Part shown: positions 1-11,329 of the stretch, piece after piece | How positions within the stretch are numbered: position 1 is the first letter of the stretch | Layout of the letters: every line of letters begins with the position of its first letter | DNA from: an uncultured Nitrososphaeraceae archaeon | GTDB lineage: Archaea > Thermoproteota > Nitrososphaeria > Nitrososphaerales > Nitrososphaeraceae | DNA length: 64,000 nt | Reading direction: 5' to 3' | NCBI GenBank assembly: GCA_963825865.1 | Contig: CAWGVG010000021.1 | Coordinates: forward strand, 160,001 to 224,000 | Translations under genes and position numbers: made by a program | Notes under the pieces: generated by a model | Databases searched by the model: none | Seen by the model: the letters and a program-made list of their open reading frames with translations, nothing else | What the model was told of the DNA's origin: nothing

Positions 1-249
1 GGAGAAGATATCCTAACTACAGAGATTGAATCATGGAAAGGTTTTGAATATGCTCTGAGAGAAGAAAATAGAATTCTCTTTGACAAAATGCTTTCTGAAT
101 GTCAAGAAAATCAAGATTATGTCAGAGCGGCAAACTCTAAAGGAGAGTCATACACAGCCGAATCATTGTTTATGGCTTTGATATTTCAACAGCAAAAAAT
201 GATTAGTCAGTTAATTGCAAAACTATCTTCTTTAGACTATAAAAAATAG
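1..249 (+). CDS. 5'-truncated small helical protein, arCOG07300-like (family usually linked to PolB2 operons); paralog of 6525-6779
   Basis: Frame +1 reads GEDILTTEIESWKGFEYALREENRILFDKML...ESLFMALIFQQQKMI to TAG at 247-249; it aligns by eye with ORF 6525-6779 (LTKEIESWRGFADSL...LFNKML...EPLIMALLFSQHKMI). Confidence 0.6.
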   Translation, partial: GEDILTTEIESWKGFEYALREENRILFDKMLSECQENQDYVRAANSKGESYTAESLFMALIFQQQKMISQLIAKLSSLDYKK

Positions 250-288
250 ATAAATGAAATGCTATTATTATTATTATTAGGATAAGAA

Positions 289-1173
289 ATGGTTGACGAA
301 CTTCTACTAGGCTGTTCAGGATGGAATTATGCGGATACTGCTGACAAAGGAGGATGGACTGGAGTATTCTATCCAGATAGCAATACAAAAAGACTCAGGT
401 ACTATTCCCAGTTCTTCAATACTGCAGAGATGGATTCTACTTTTTATGAGAAATTCTACACTAATATGACTAAAGGTACATTCATTGGAATGGCTAAAGC
501 TACGCCAGAGACATTCCAGTTCTCTATTAAGGTTCCAGAGACTATCACACATAAGAAAAGGTTGAATGTCAAACAAGGTGCTATGACAGATTTTGAAGAG
601 TTTCTTGACAAGATATCTCCCTTGAAAAATTCAAACAAATTGGGTGCTGTACTAATACAACTTCCACCCAGTTTTACCGTTAATGATTTTAGGAATATAG
701 AAGGCTTCCTTGATAGATTGCCATCATCAGGATGTGATTATGCCGTTGAATTCAGACATCCTTCATGGAAGACTGAAGGTCCATGGGATATGTTAAAGCA
801 TTACAATATAGCAGCTGTAATGACAGATTCTCCTTCACAGGAAAATCTGCAATTTTTATCTGATGTTACCATAACTACTGCTAGCCATTCTTTCATTAGA
901 TTTCATGGAAGAAATACTACACAAGGTCATTATTGGTATAATTACCTGTATACAAAAGAGGAGCTAAAGCCATGGGTTGAAAAAGTAGAGCAGGTCAAAA
1001 AAGAGACCAAAGTTCTAAGAGTGTATTTTAATAACCACTATGGTGGAAAAGCTCTTGTTAATGCGCTACAGTTCAAAGAGATGACTTGTGGTACATCATT
1101 ATCAGAGAATGAAAGCAGAGCTTTGGAACATGCGCAGACATATTTAGATAGAGCGCAGATAAAAGACTCATGA
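289..1173 (+). CDS. DUF72 (YecE-like) family protein
   Basis: Motifs GCSGWNY, YYSQFFNTAEMDSTFY, FSIKVP, QLPPSF, AVEFRHPSW, IRFHGRN, YFNNHYGG. Confidence 0.92.
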   Translation: MVDELLLGCSGWNYADTADKGGWTGVFYPDSNTKRLRYYSQFFNTAEMDSTFYEKFYTNMTKGTFIGMAKATPETFQFSIKVPETITHKKRLNVKQGAMTDFEEFLDKISPLKNSNKLGAVLIQLPPSFTVNDFRNIEGFLDRLPSSGCDYAVEFRHPSWKTEGPWDMLKHYNIAAVMTDSPSQENLQFLSDVTITTASHSFIRFHGRNTTQGHYWYNYLYTKEELKPWVEKVEQVKKETKVLRVYFNNHYGGKALVNALQFKEMTCGTSLSENESRALEHAQTYLDRAQIKDS

Positions 1174-1284
1174 ATCAAGCTTGACATGATTTTTAGGGCT
1201 CTGAAAATTAGACGTTAAGATTGTGGTATAATAATCAACTCTAGCTATTAATAATCATTAATTGTTATTAGGCTAAGGAAACGT

Positions 1285-1551
1285 ATGCTAGACATAGACT
1301 ATGAACTTGTAAGACGGCATTTAAACATGAGATAACTTCTTCATGCTTATGACGCTGGATTTACAGTACTATGCCTATTTTGCAATAGGCCATTTACAGT
1401 CTATTCTCCAACTCCTGAATATATCAGAATAATTCACCATCCTTGTGAAAGAGAAGATAGCATTACAAGAGACCAAAACTGTCCTACATGTAGCCAATTA
1501 AATAAAATTATTTGGGATAAAGACCATAATCTGTCATTTAATAGAGTCTGA
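1285..1551 (+). pseudogene. small Zn-ribbon protein interrupted by an in-frame TAA
   Basis: MLDIDYELVRRHLNMR*LLHAYDAGFTVLCLFC...CPTC...WDKDHNLSFNRV*; two CxxC pairs; stop at 1333-1335. Confidence 0.45.
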
Positions 1552-1990
1552 AGATCTCCTCTCAAAATATCTTGCCATGATTGATCTATGAGTAAAATCT
1601 TTCTTGCATTGCAACGCTTTAACTGTTGTTGGACCCTGTTAATGTTGCGTCAGCAGAATCAAATAAATTGTAAAACTTAACTACTTCATCTTGTATAGCA
1701 TTACCATAAGGAAATTTTATTGAGAAGGTACCATTGAAGTTTGTGAGGAATCAACGGCCGGCGACATGGCTGTGGCACATTAGTAATATTAAAAAGTAAA
1801 TGATAGTGTGAAGATCAATCATTAAGGTATTGGATTAAACCAAAACTGTATCTCTATATATATATATATAATATAGTTGATTACTGGATTTATTATATTC
1901 CCAATCTATTACTTGAAGTAGGCCTCTTTTTTCTATAATCTATAAGTTGAGATTATAGAGAAACATATTTTAAAACTCATATATCCCACT

Positions 1991-2670
1991 ATGCAATATG
2001 ATGTTATTTCTTCATTATCTAATAAATCCAGAATAAATGTTAGAAGAGGAAGAGGGAACGAAAGAGCATATAGTCCAAGACTTCAGGACTTTAAAAGAAG
2101 AAGCAGTAGTAGTAGCAATAGTAGTATTAACAGTGTTAATGATGCAGAAAGGGAAATAGAACCTCAAAGAAGCTTTGCAGAGCAGACGTATGGATGATAT
2201 TTTTGATACTTTTAGAAATGATATAGAGCATATGATGGATCCCTTGTCGTCATCATCTATATGGGATTGGCGGTTTCCATCTGTGTTTAGGGGAAGAGAC
2301 CAAGAAGAAGAAGCAGACGACATGATGGTGAGAATGCCAATTTTTGATATGGTTGATAAAGGAGATAGATATGAGTTAAAAGTAGAAATACCCGGAATTG
2401 AAAAAGAAAAGATAAAAGTTAAAGCAACAAAAGACTCAGTTGAAATTTCTGGCGAACAATCAGAAGAAGAAAAATCAGAAGACAAAAGAAAGAGATATGT
2501 TTACATTGAAGTTATACAGCTCATTCTACCGTAATATTCCAGTTCCAGAGGAGATTGTATCTTCAAAGGTTAGCGCTAAAATGAGTAACGGAATATTACA
2601 TGTTGACATTCCAAAAAAGAACCCTACAAAAACAGAACAAGAGGAAGCAACAACTGTAGAGATTAAATGA
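1991..2670 (+). CDS. Hsp20/alpha-crystallin small heat-shock protein (frameshifted)
   Basis: MPIFDMVDKGDRYELKVEIPGIEKEKIKV in one frame and YSSFYRNIPVPEEI...AKMSNGILHVDIPK in the next; start uncertain (1991 or 2190). Confidence 0.85.
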
Positions 2671-2869
2671 TATGGTCTGCTCTGACGTAAAACTACGAAC
2701 AGAACATTCAAACAGTAATTCACCACACCCTAGACATGCCAAAAATGTAGTCCAAGTATACAACATGTATAGTGTTGGATAGATAGAACAAAATAATGAA
2801 AAATTAATATTTTCAATAGCTGATAAGTTAGTAATAAGTTGATAGGAAATTATTATTTCTATTGGGCTA

Positions 2870-3151
2870 TTGAGCAGTTGTTATCACTATTATTATTATA
2901 GCTTATTCATTAGGTTTAATATTTGGAGCAGAATTAGGAATCATCATCAGTCTGCAAGTGCTATCAACAAACCAGAATATAATTCGACGTCAACAATATG
3001 TATAAATGATAAACCTTGTGTTACAACAATTTGTATAAATAATGATCCATGTCATACTGTTACATCAAATTCTACAAATACAGATAACTTAACTAATAAT
3101 AATAAGAAGAAGCATACCCTAGTTTCACCTTTTCCTCAGGAAAGCATTTGA
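2870..3151 (+). CDS. small Cys-repeat, probably secreted protein
   Basis: Tandem TICINDKPC / TICINNDPC motifs; a hydrophobic signal-like segment lies in an adjacent frame. Confidence 0.45.
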   Translation: MSSCYHYYYYSLFIRFNIWSRIRNHHQSASAINKPEYNSTSTICINDKPCVTTICINNDPCHTVTSNSTNTDNLTNNNKKKHTLVSPFPQESI

Positions 3152-3207
3152 TATCGAAAGAAGTAATGAGGTAATAATATGGGTAATATGAGGTGGCTAT
3201 TTGATAG

Positions 3208-3402
3208 TTAGATATAATTATCAGTATCACCAAAGATATTTTGCAGTACCTTTGTAAACATCTGCTGCTGGTAGCATTTCCAATGTTCATATTCTTTTAC
3301 TCCACCTGAGAAGGCTGTAATAATATAGCGCTCTCCTGCTTTGTTAACTTCTATAATGTCTTTACAAAATCTGCATCTAATTGGAGCCTCTTCAATACTC
3401 AT
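3208..3402 (-). CDS. small Zn-finger-like protein
   Basis: CRFC ... HWKC motif, 64 aa, ATG start. Confidence 0.5.
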   Translation of the reverse strand: MSIEEAPIRCRFCKDIIEVNKAGERYIITAFSGGVKEYEHWKCYQQQMFTKVLQNIFGDTDNYI

Positions 3403-3426
3403 GTGCTTTTATGTTATGACCCTATA

Positions 3427-3671
3427 CTATATTTCCCATCTCTTTCCCTGTCTGTGTAGTCCTAGCCTCTCTAAATTACCTTGCTAGGATAAGTGGCTTT
3501 GAGGAGGGGTAAGAATAACATGTCTTTCGTAGCTTTTTCCAGGTCAGTTTGATAAGTATTACAATAATAGCAAGAATGCATAGAACTGTGTTCTTTTCCT
3601 GCCAGATATACTTGTTTGCTAAAACTACTAGAATACTGATCAGCAATAGAATAGCAGTTAAAGTATGTCAT
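3427..3671 (-). pseudogene. C2H2-type Zn-finger protein fragment
   Basis: Across frames: HSCYYCNTYQT / YERHVIL / YPSK / LERLGLHRQGKRWEI*. Confidence 0.45.
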
Positions 3672-3823
3672 TTTTGTATAGATTCGAAATTATTCTTTTT
3701 AATTATAATTGGCGCTATTAGTAATTTGTAATTATTTATGCATAATAATAGGATTGTCAGTAGTGGACAGATAGACAAGACATTATTACTACTACTCTCT
3801 GCATAATCATGATTTTATTGTTA

Positions 3824-4452
<629 letters not shown>

Positions 4453-4649
4453 GAGACTATTTTATTGGTCAGCAATAGAAAAATGAAAAATTGCCAAATT
4501 GTATTCTTAACGTTTAACGTATAGAAATATTTAGAATAGTTACCATTACAAACTTATACAGGTCAAAGAATATAGAGTCTTAATTAATAATACTTTTATC
4601 TGTGATTATTTTTCACACTATTTGCAAAAGAAGGTAGAATAAAAGAAAG

Positions 4650-5066
4650 ATGCTACCAGATACTAACCAAGGAAATAATAATAGTAATAATAATAGATCT
4701 ATCCTTGTACCTGATGACGAACCTGACATTGCAACAATAGTTAAACAGTCTCTGCAAGGTCTTGGATTCAGAGTATCTGCTTTTACAGATCCAATTGTAG
4801 CATTAGAATATTTCAAGTCAAATTTTGAAGATTGTTGCAGCATAATTATCTCTGATATCAGAATGCCAGGTATGAATGGTTATGAGTTTGTGAGAAAAGT
4901 AAAAGCAATCAATCCAGAAGGCAGAATAATACTAATGAGTTCTTTTGAGATTAATGACATAGAATTCTCAAAGGTTTTACCAGATATTAAGATAGACGCG
5001 TTTTTGCAAAAGCCATTCTCTATAAGAAAGTTAAAAGGTCTAATAATTGAAAAGTATTCTAATTAA
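4650..5066 (+). CDS. single-domain response regulator (CheY-like receiver)
   Basis: DDEPDI, phosphoacceptor SDIRMPGMNG, conserved Lys in QKPF. Confidence 0.92.
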   Translation: MLPDTNQGNNNSNNNRSILVPDDEPDIATIVKQSLQGLGFRVSAFTDPIVALEYFKSNFEDCCSIIISDIRMPGMNGYEFVRKVKAINPEGRIILMSSFEINDIEFSKVLPDIKIDAFLQKPFSIRKLKGLIIEKYSN

Positions 5067-5145
5067 ATGCAACAGAAAAACATTTGAACTAGCGCACTAT
5101 AATGCTTATAATATTTGTTTATCAAGCCATGTTGTGTATCAAGAT

Positions 5146-5814
5146 ATGAAAGAAAATCTAATAACAACTGGATCTAATAATGAGATTTTAGAGCATCTCA
5201 ATAAAGCAGAATATGGCACTCATTCTATTCTTGTCTATCCTAATATAGAAACATTAAGAGAGACTTATTCAAGGTATGTGAAAAGCCAATTAGAAGACAA
5301 TAATGAAATTGTTCTTATTCTTCCGTATTATGAGACTGCCAATAAGGTTAGAAAGACTTTGTCTGAGGGTTTTGCCAACAATATAGCAGATGGTAATGGT
5401 AATGATGCTAATTCTAATGACACCAATGGCAACAGCATTATTGATATGGGAAAATATGAGAAGGAAGGTTCTCTTATAATTATGGATTCTGTAAAAGGAT
5501 ATTTTGGTTCAGATAATAATTATAATAATACTGATTTAACAGAATTTGTTAAACAATTAGTTAAAAAGGCGGAAAGTACGGGTAAGAATGGTGTTTCTGT
5601 AATTGCTGATTTAGGTTCATTTTATCATTACTACCATAGTAAAACAGCAGATAAACTTGTTGAATATGAATTATCCCTGCCATCAAAATTTGATGGTATG
5701 AAATTAAAAGCATTTTGCATTTATCATAAAGAAGACATTAATAAAAGATTTACAGAAGAGCAAAAACAAAAGTTACTGGACCATCATGCAAAAGCATTAA
5801 TGATAGCTAACTGA
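5146..5814 (+). CDS. MEDS (DcmR-like sensory) domain protein
   Basis: HSILVY...ETYSRY, GSLIIMDS, GVSVIADLG, LVEYE, AFCIYH, LLDHH pattern; likely start MKEN near 5146. Confidence 0.7.
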   Translation: MKENLITTGSNNEILEHLNKAEYGTHSILVYPNIETLRETYSRYVKSQLEDNNEIVLILPYYETANKVRKTLSEGFANNIADGNGNDANSNDTNGNSIIDMGKYEKEGSLIIMDSVKGYFGSDNNYNNTDLTEFVKQLVKKAESTGKNGVSVIADLGSFYHYYHSKTADKLVEYELSLPSKFDGMKLKAFCIYHKEDINKRFTEEQKQKLLDHHAKALMIAN

Positions 5815-5819
5815 ACGTT

Positions 5820-5919
5820 GCCAACGAACTGGCCAAACTTGCTAAACTTAAGGAACAAGGAGTAATATCAGAATCTGAATTTCAGCAAATGAAGCAAGAT
5901 CTAATTAGGCGGAAGTAGA
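5820..5919 (+). pseudogene. orphan SHOCT-domain fragment
   Basis: ANELAKLAKLKEQGVISESEFQQMKQDLIRRK*, with no N-terminal part. Confidence 0.6.
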
Positions 5920-6059
5920 TGGGCAATAGATGTAGTTTGGAAATTGATTTACAAAGCAATTTTAAACTTCCAATAACTATAACTCATACTTGAAATTCTC
6001 TATAATTATATTTGCAAACAAAACATCTATCTGTCTTTTACACAAGTTTGTCATTTGTT

Positions 6060-6512
6060 AAGAAACAAATGCTATATTATAATCCTAAATATATGCAAGC
6101 TCTGCATGGTTTTGATGTTTTACTATGGCATATTTTCCTTCCCCTACAGGTCTGGCTGGATCACATTTTCTAAATTCATCTGACAAGATCTCTTTTGTAA
6201 GCTCATTAGGATCTCTGAAGATACCACCTACTCTAGCCCAATACCGCTCAGAGGCTCTGGCTTCACTCTTTCTGATCTCTGGAAGTGATTTTTTACCTAT
6301 AACAAATAGCCTATAAAACTGATTTTTGTCAGTCGTTTATTTTCTGATTTTTCAGGGGCAGTAACCATGAAAAAGCGTTTAACATCCTCAATACCTTTTA
6401 CCTCTTCAGCATTTTTCTTGGGCCTATAAAAGAAATAGATATCACCTTGTTCTAAAACCTCAGGAGCAGGATTATTTTTATTATCTCTGGTTTGGTTTTG
6501 TTCTTGAATCAT
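6060..6512 (-). pseudogene. conserved hypothetical protein, frameshifted and 3'-truncated
   Basis: EVLEQGDIYFFYRPK...KRFFMV continues in another frame as IGKKSLPE...ERYWARV...PARPVGEGKYAIVKHQNHAELAY. Confidence 0.6.
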
Positions 6513-6524
6513 AGCAAAAATCCC

Positions 6525-6779
6525 TCATTTTTGAGGCATCTTGATTTGATCAGTTAACCAATCAATCATTTTATGCTGAGAGAATAGTAAAGCCATGATT
6601 AATGGTTCTGTTGAAAATGGCTGTATTTTTGTATTAATAGCTGTCTCATATTTGTAGCAATCATTTAGCATTTTATTGAATAGTTCCGTGTATTCTTGAG
6701 AATTCAAACTATCTGCAAAACCTCTCCATGACTCTATTTCTTTAGTTAGGAAATTATCTTCATTTGGAAATAGGCTCAT
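6525..6779 (-). CDS. small helical protein, arCOG07300-like; paralog of 1-249
   Basis: EIESWRGFADSL...LFNKML...EPLIMALLFSQHKMI. Confidence 0.6.
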   Translation of the reverse strand: MSLFPNEDNFLTKEIESWRGFADSLNSQEYTELFNKMLNDCYKYETAINTKIQPFSTEPLIMALLFSQHKMIDWLTDQIKMPQK

Positions 6780-6992
6780 TGTCTTTCTTTCTTTGAGCTA
6801 TTACCGCTCTTTTTAAGAATTGGAGCTACAAAAGGGGAGGGGGGATTCTATTTTATATGGCGCTTAATTCTTTCTTCCAACAGGGAAAGTTAGTTGACAG
6901 ACTAGTTCCCCTACCCCAAATACTGATATTAAAACCCTGTTTTTGTTCTAGGGGGGAGGTTAGAGATGCTCTCTCTTGTAATAGTACTTTGA

Positions 6993-7579
6993 TTATAGCC
7001 TTGAAATTCTGTGTCTTATCGCTTCAGTAATTAGTCTGATTGCATTACTTCCTTTTTTTGCCTTTACAAATAATGAGTGTGCCGGTAATTTTCCATATAG
7101 ACCTTTGTCTGAAGTCAAAATAATAGCAGGAATATTTAAATAGGAATTAAATACTTTGATTACATCATTATCAGAAGTCCCTGTAGGAATTATATCAACA
7201 TAACAATTCATTTCTGGACTTACCAATTTTTGGATTAGCTCTAAAATATGCAACTTTCCTAATTTGCGCCTTACTGATTCATCTATTACTATTACAGCAC
7301 TACTCTTTTCAAGATCAGGAGATGTTGTTGTTAGTGTAGTAGAAGAAACAAGATCATTATATGAATCCCAGTTCTGAACGTTCTTCTTTTCGTTCTTACA
7401 TGGTGATTGTAGCGGTTTTGTTGTTGTTGTTGTTCTTGCTCGTAGTTGTAATCTTTATTATCTGCGTCATAGTGAACACAAGAAAAAAAATCTCTGCAAT
7501 AATAGCAGAAGCCGCACTCTTGACATAAGGGTTTTGATAGCGTAGGTATAAATTCAGAATAGCAGTTAAAACACTTCAT
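6993..7579 (-). CDS. Cys-rich Zn-finger plus PIN-like (Mut7-C/DUF5615-like) domain protein, probably one frameshifted gene
   Basis: N-part CFNC...CQECGFCYYC...CVH; the second frame is open from ~7455 and reads VIVIDESV...GTSDNDVI...IILTSDKGL. Confidence 0.55.
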
Positions 7580-7822
7580 TGCCCTTATGCCTATTTTTAA
7601 GAAATGTTATAACAGCAATTTATTGTTAATCTGGTAAAGTCAAAGTTATGTGATTTTGAGTAATTTGTTTAACGTGAGTATTGCTATAATTAACAATGTA
7701 TTTTGCAGACTGTATCAACTATACATAATAAAGAATATACTAAATTTTTGAATATACTATATTATCTGTCATTTTATACGCCAGCTTAGATACATACACT
7801 CAGAGAGTACAAAATAGAGGTT

Positions 7823-7966
7823 ATGATTACAAAGATGAAAGTTCGTTTTAATGAGTTTGATAAAATTAAGAATGTTTTTGCGGATAGAGCCAACATTCAA
7901 GAAATAACTATGGATACTGAAGGTAAAATTGAACATGCTGTAGTTGAGGAAATAAAGACGTCTTAA
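7823..7966 (+). CDS. 47-aa hypothetical protein
   Basis: GAGGT just upstream of ATG; MITKMKVRFNEFDKIKNVFADRANIQEITMDTEGKIEHAVVEEIKTS*. Confidence 0.4.
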   Translation: MITKMKVRFNEFDKIKNVFADRANIQEITMDTEGKIEHAVVEEIKTS

Positions 7967-8390
7967 TTATTGAGACATTAACATTCATAACTAGAAACTT
8001 CCTTTCATTAATATAAATACTAACTGACATCTGCTTGTTAAAATATTTGCTTAAGTGTTAGTCAAGTCTCAATTGCCTGGAAACTCACTCTTTCTATTTC
8101 TATCAAACTAATATTCCTAGATTATTTCGAATACATCTAGACCATGATCTTGCCAGTCAAGTTAGATTGTTTAATTGATGGTACTTTAGACAATTTAACT
8201 TGATATTGCTTACATTGAATTAAGTTAATTGATTCAAAATTATCAGAAGGATTAAAATCATATTCCCAGAACAAATATGTCAATTTGTTATTGAAGCAAC
8301 CAGACGTTATTTAGAACATTTAGAGAATAAGAGGGCTTTTTCAATTAGGCTTAACCATTTCCCTTAAGTAAGGCATATGCCAAACAACCG

Positions 8391-8663
8391 TTGTACATCC
8401 TTGATGATTTAGTTATCTCTGAATTGAATGATGTCTTCTCTAAATTGTATCCTAATCTAAGTCACCAGTTAGAAAAGACAAGGCTGGAATTACCAAGCTT
8501 GATTGTAAAGGAGATGGAACGTATTGCATATGATACATACAAGCATAATCAGCAACAACTTTGTAAGCATGATTATAAACCACCTGCAAATAATAGATAT
8601 AAGTCTAGTAATGTTGTACATTGTCGCAAATGCCATAGCACACTACGAAAAGATGAGAAGTAA
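8391..8663 (+). CDS. hypothetical protein with C-terminal CxH...CxxC motif
   Basis: LCKHDY...VHCRKCH. Confidence 0.4.
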   Translation: MYILDDLVISELNDVFSKLYPNLSHQLEKTRLELPSLIVKEMERIAYDTYKHNQQQLCKHDYKPPANNRYKSSNVVHCRKCHSTLRKDEK

Positions 8664-8685
8664 TACTCAAAAATATTAAGTACCG

Positions 8686-9886
8686 TTACTTATTTGTAAC
8701 ATCAGCATCAGACCTTATTGGTTGGTTTTGTCCTTTTAATTCCTGTACTTCTACCCTCAACTTCATTACTTGATCTGACAATGTTGCTATGGCATCTGTA
8801 TTCATAGAATCACGTTGTCTTAGTAACTGCATCTCTTTTTCTTTCTCAGATAGCTTAGCCTCAATGCTTTTACCTGTAGCTTCCAGCAGGGTTGAATAGT
8901 CTAAGAATGTAAGATACTTATCATTTAGTAGCATAGATTTCCCTTCTTTCAGATTCTTTTATTGTGTAATAAGGACTCTTATTATGACCCAAGAACCATT
9001 CAGAATAATCCTGCCCGACTTGATTACCAATTACACTCTTTACAAACCTTCTCAAAGAATGTAATGTTATTTTTCTTTTTTTCATTCCTTCTTTTCTTTC
9101 ATCAAGTTTGGCAGCTTGGAGGACTTTGTTGAACTCAGCATTTACCTTCACATATAGAGTCTGTGGATGTGATTTTACTCTAAATACATTGAATACTAGG
9201 TCGTCAGGATTTGGCAACTGTGTAGGATTACAATCTCTTTTACGACATCTCCAATCCAACCACTGCGTTAGATACTTCTTCATCTGAGATATAGATATTT
9301 CTTGAAACTCTAGTCTTGGAATACTCTTTACGAACATGAATTCTGGTAGTATTAACAGAAAATCTATATCTTTAAAACGGATGGCTAATGCTTCGACTGC
9401 GCGCATTCCACCACTGGCCAGAACTAGGAGATATGCTTTAAGTCTGCGGTTATTTCAAGACAACAATATCTTTCTAACATCTTCAACATCTATTGATTCT
9501 TCATCTTCCTTTCCAATTTTTGGAACTTTGACTATTCGCTTAAATTTCGATGGTATGATGTCAATGTCGTAATATGCTAAATACGATCTCATACCAATTA
9601 AAATGGCCCTTATTGTCATAGGTGCAAGCTTTTCATCTTTTGTTGTTTCGTATGTAATAAAACTATCAATTAATTCAGACATCAATTTGTTTATCCAGTA
9701 TTAGTTTTAGTATACTCTCTACAGTATAACCACCATTAAATTTGCCATCCAAGAATCTTTGAAAATGAACTAATGCAGTTTCGTAGTTCTTTTTGTCTTT
9801 AGACTATTTCTCCCCACGCTATCTAAAAATGTTCTAACTTTTGGAAGGTTGTTAATTACTGTACGTGTGGAGATAGTTACCGACAT
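8686..9886 (-). pseudogene. tyrosine recombinase/integrase (XerC/D-like), several frameshifts
   Basis: Starts MSVTISTRT...; LASGGMRAVEAL (catalytic R), TLHSLRRF (HxxR), EWFLGH...YY; C-terminal coiled coil; spread over ORFs 9455-9685, 8921-9406 and 8686-8934. Confidence 0.85.
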
Positions 9887-9921
9887 TCCTAGTATTATCA
9901 ACTAAAATTTAATATATACTT

Positions 9922-10320
9922 TTAAAGTGTATGCTTTTTTGCATGTATCAATTTTTGCAGTTCTTTAACACAAGAACCCAACTCTTGCTTTGCCTCTTGT
10001 TCGTTTCCTTTGTTAATTATGATTTCTCCCGGCCCAAATTTTGAACCATTGATTGTAAGTGGTATATCAAGATGTAGCATTTCAGCTATAAATTCAAAAA
10101 GATTTGGGTAAGTTAAATTGTTTATATAAACATATGTGGTCGTTCCGTTGCTAACAACTCCTTCTTTCTTTAATGGAAACACAAAATCTGGCGAAGATAT
10201 AGAATCAACGATGCTGATTGCTGCATTTTTTGATTCATACCATAATTTCTTATGTTGTTTTTTTAACTCTACGTATTTCTTTGCTGTATATTCTAGTTCA
10301 TCTAAATTAATCATTACCAC
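9922..10320 (-). CDS. conserved hypothetical protein
   Basis: Intact 132-aa ORF divergent from rnp4. Confidence 0.6.
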   Translation of the reverse strand: MVMINLDELEYTAKKYVELKKQHKKLWYESKNAAISIVDSISSPDFVFPLKKEGVVSNGTTTYVYINNLTYPNLFEFIAEMLHLDIPLTINGSKFGPGEIIINKGNEQEAKQELGSCVKELQKLIHAKKHTL

Positions 10321-10452
10321 CTAAAGATAATCACACTACAGGTTAATTACAGTATTTACTCGAAAACGAGTAACTAATGATGGGCCAATCAAAAACATAA
10401 AATAAATACTTATGTTTTAATTCGTATTTCGTATTATTGGGTATAATATTAG

Positions 10453-10767
10453 ATGAGAAAACAACAGATTGCAAAGGAGATTGCAAAGGAAAGGATTTAC
10501 ATTTTGATAACAAATGCTTTATATGAATTAAAAGAAGAAGATAAAGATAATCTTGTAAATGCTTATGCAAGGCTCGCTAAAAAAATTGCAATGCGTCTGC
10601 GCTTAAAGCTTCCTTACGAAATTCGGCAGTTATATTGTAAAGGCTGTAAACAATTTATTTCTCCAGGAAAGAGTGCTAGAGTAAGAATAGGAAGATCAAA
10701 TACAAAGGCCATAAGAATTACTTGCTTAAAATGTGGGCATGTTTATCGCAAAGTCTTAAATCACTAA
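10453..10767 (+). CDS. rnp4: ribonuclease P protein component 4 (Rpp21/Rpr2)
   Basis: IAKERI, YCKGC...PG...RVRI...TCLKCG Zn ribbon. Confidence 0.9.
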   Translation: MRKQQIAKEIAKERIYILITNALYELKEEDKDNLVNAYARLAKKIAMRLRLKLPYEIRQLYCKGCKQFISPGKSARVRIGRSNTKAIRITCLKCGHVYRKVLNH

Positions 10768-10847
10768 GGATTGATTACTTCAAAGTAATTCCTATAAATT
10801 AAGAATAAGGATTTATAAGGGATCTACCGCGTGATTATTTAGTAATT

Positions 10848-11300
10848 ATGGCCAAAGCTTATGATATTCCTTCTGATGATCTCATTGCAGTGTTATCTGA
10901 ACAGCTAAAAAAAGACAAGAAAATTGAACCTCCAAGCTGGGCAGCATTTGTCAAGACCGGTGCTCATGTTGAAAAAATTCCCCAAAACAGGGACTGGTGG
11001 TATACAAGATGCGCTTCTCTTTTGAGAAAAGTTTACATCCACGGTCCTATCGGTATTTCGGATCTAAAAAGTAAATATGGTGGCAGAAAACAAATTGGAT
11101 ACAACCTATCTCACCATAAGGACGCAGGTGGAGCAATTATTCGTAAGGCATTACACCAACTGGAGGCAGCTGGTTATATCGTCAAAAAAAGCAAAGGTAG
11201 ATTGATCTCAGATGAGGGAATGAAAAAAATCGATAGATTAGCCACCGAATCTTATAAAGAGATTATCAAGTCTTCGCCAGAGTTACAACGATACGCCTAG
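10848..11300 (+). CDS. rps19e: 30S ribosomal protein S19e
   Basis: PSWAAFVKTG, DWWYTRCASLLRKVY, GAIIRKALHQLE. Confidence 0.97.
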   Translation: MAKAYDIPSDDLIAVLSEQLKKDKKIEPPSWAAFVKTGAHVEKIPQNRDWWYTRCASLLRKVYIHGPIGISDLKSKYGGRKQIGYNLSHHKDAGGAIIRKALHQLEAAGYIVKKSKGRLISDEGMKKIDRLATESYKEIIKSSPELQRYA

Positions 11301-11329
11301 GTTTTTCCTGTGAGGAGAGATGAAGAGGC

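Larger units (their letters stand above)
6890..9905. mobile_element. integrase-bearing island with short imperfect inverted ends
   Basis: Tyrosine recombinase at the right end; TTAGTTGACAGACTAG (6890-6905) vs reverse complement TTAGTTGATAATACTAG (9889-9905); small orphan ORFs inside; conserved genes resume after 9922. Confidence 0.4.

Noticed and set aside
6830-6960. ORB/replication origin or casposon end suggested by G-runs
   Set aside because: No cdc6/orc1, casposase or PolB nearby and no clear repeated ORB.
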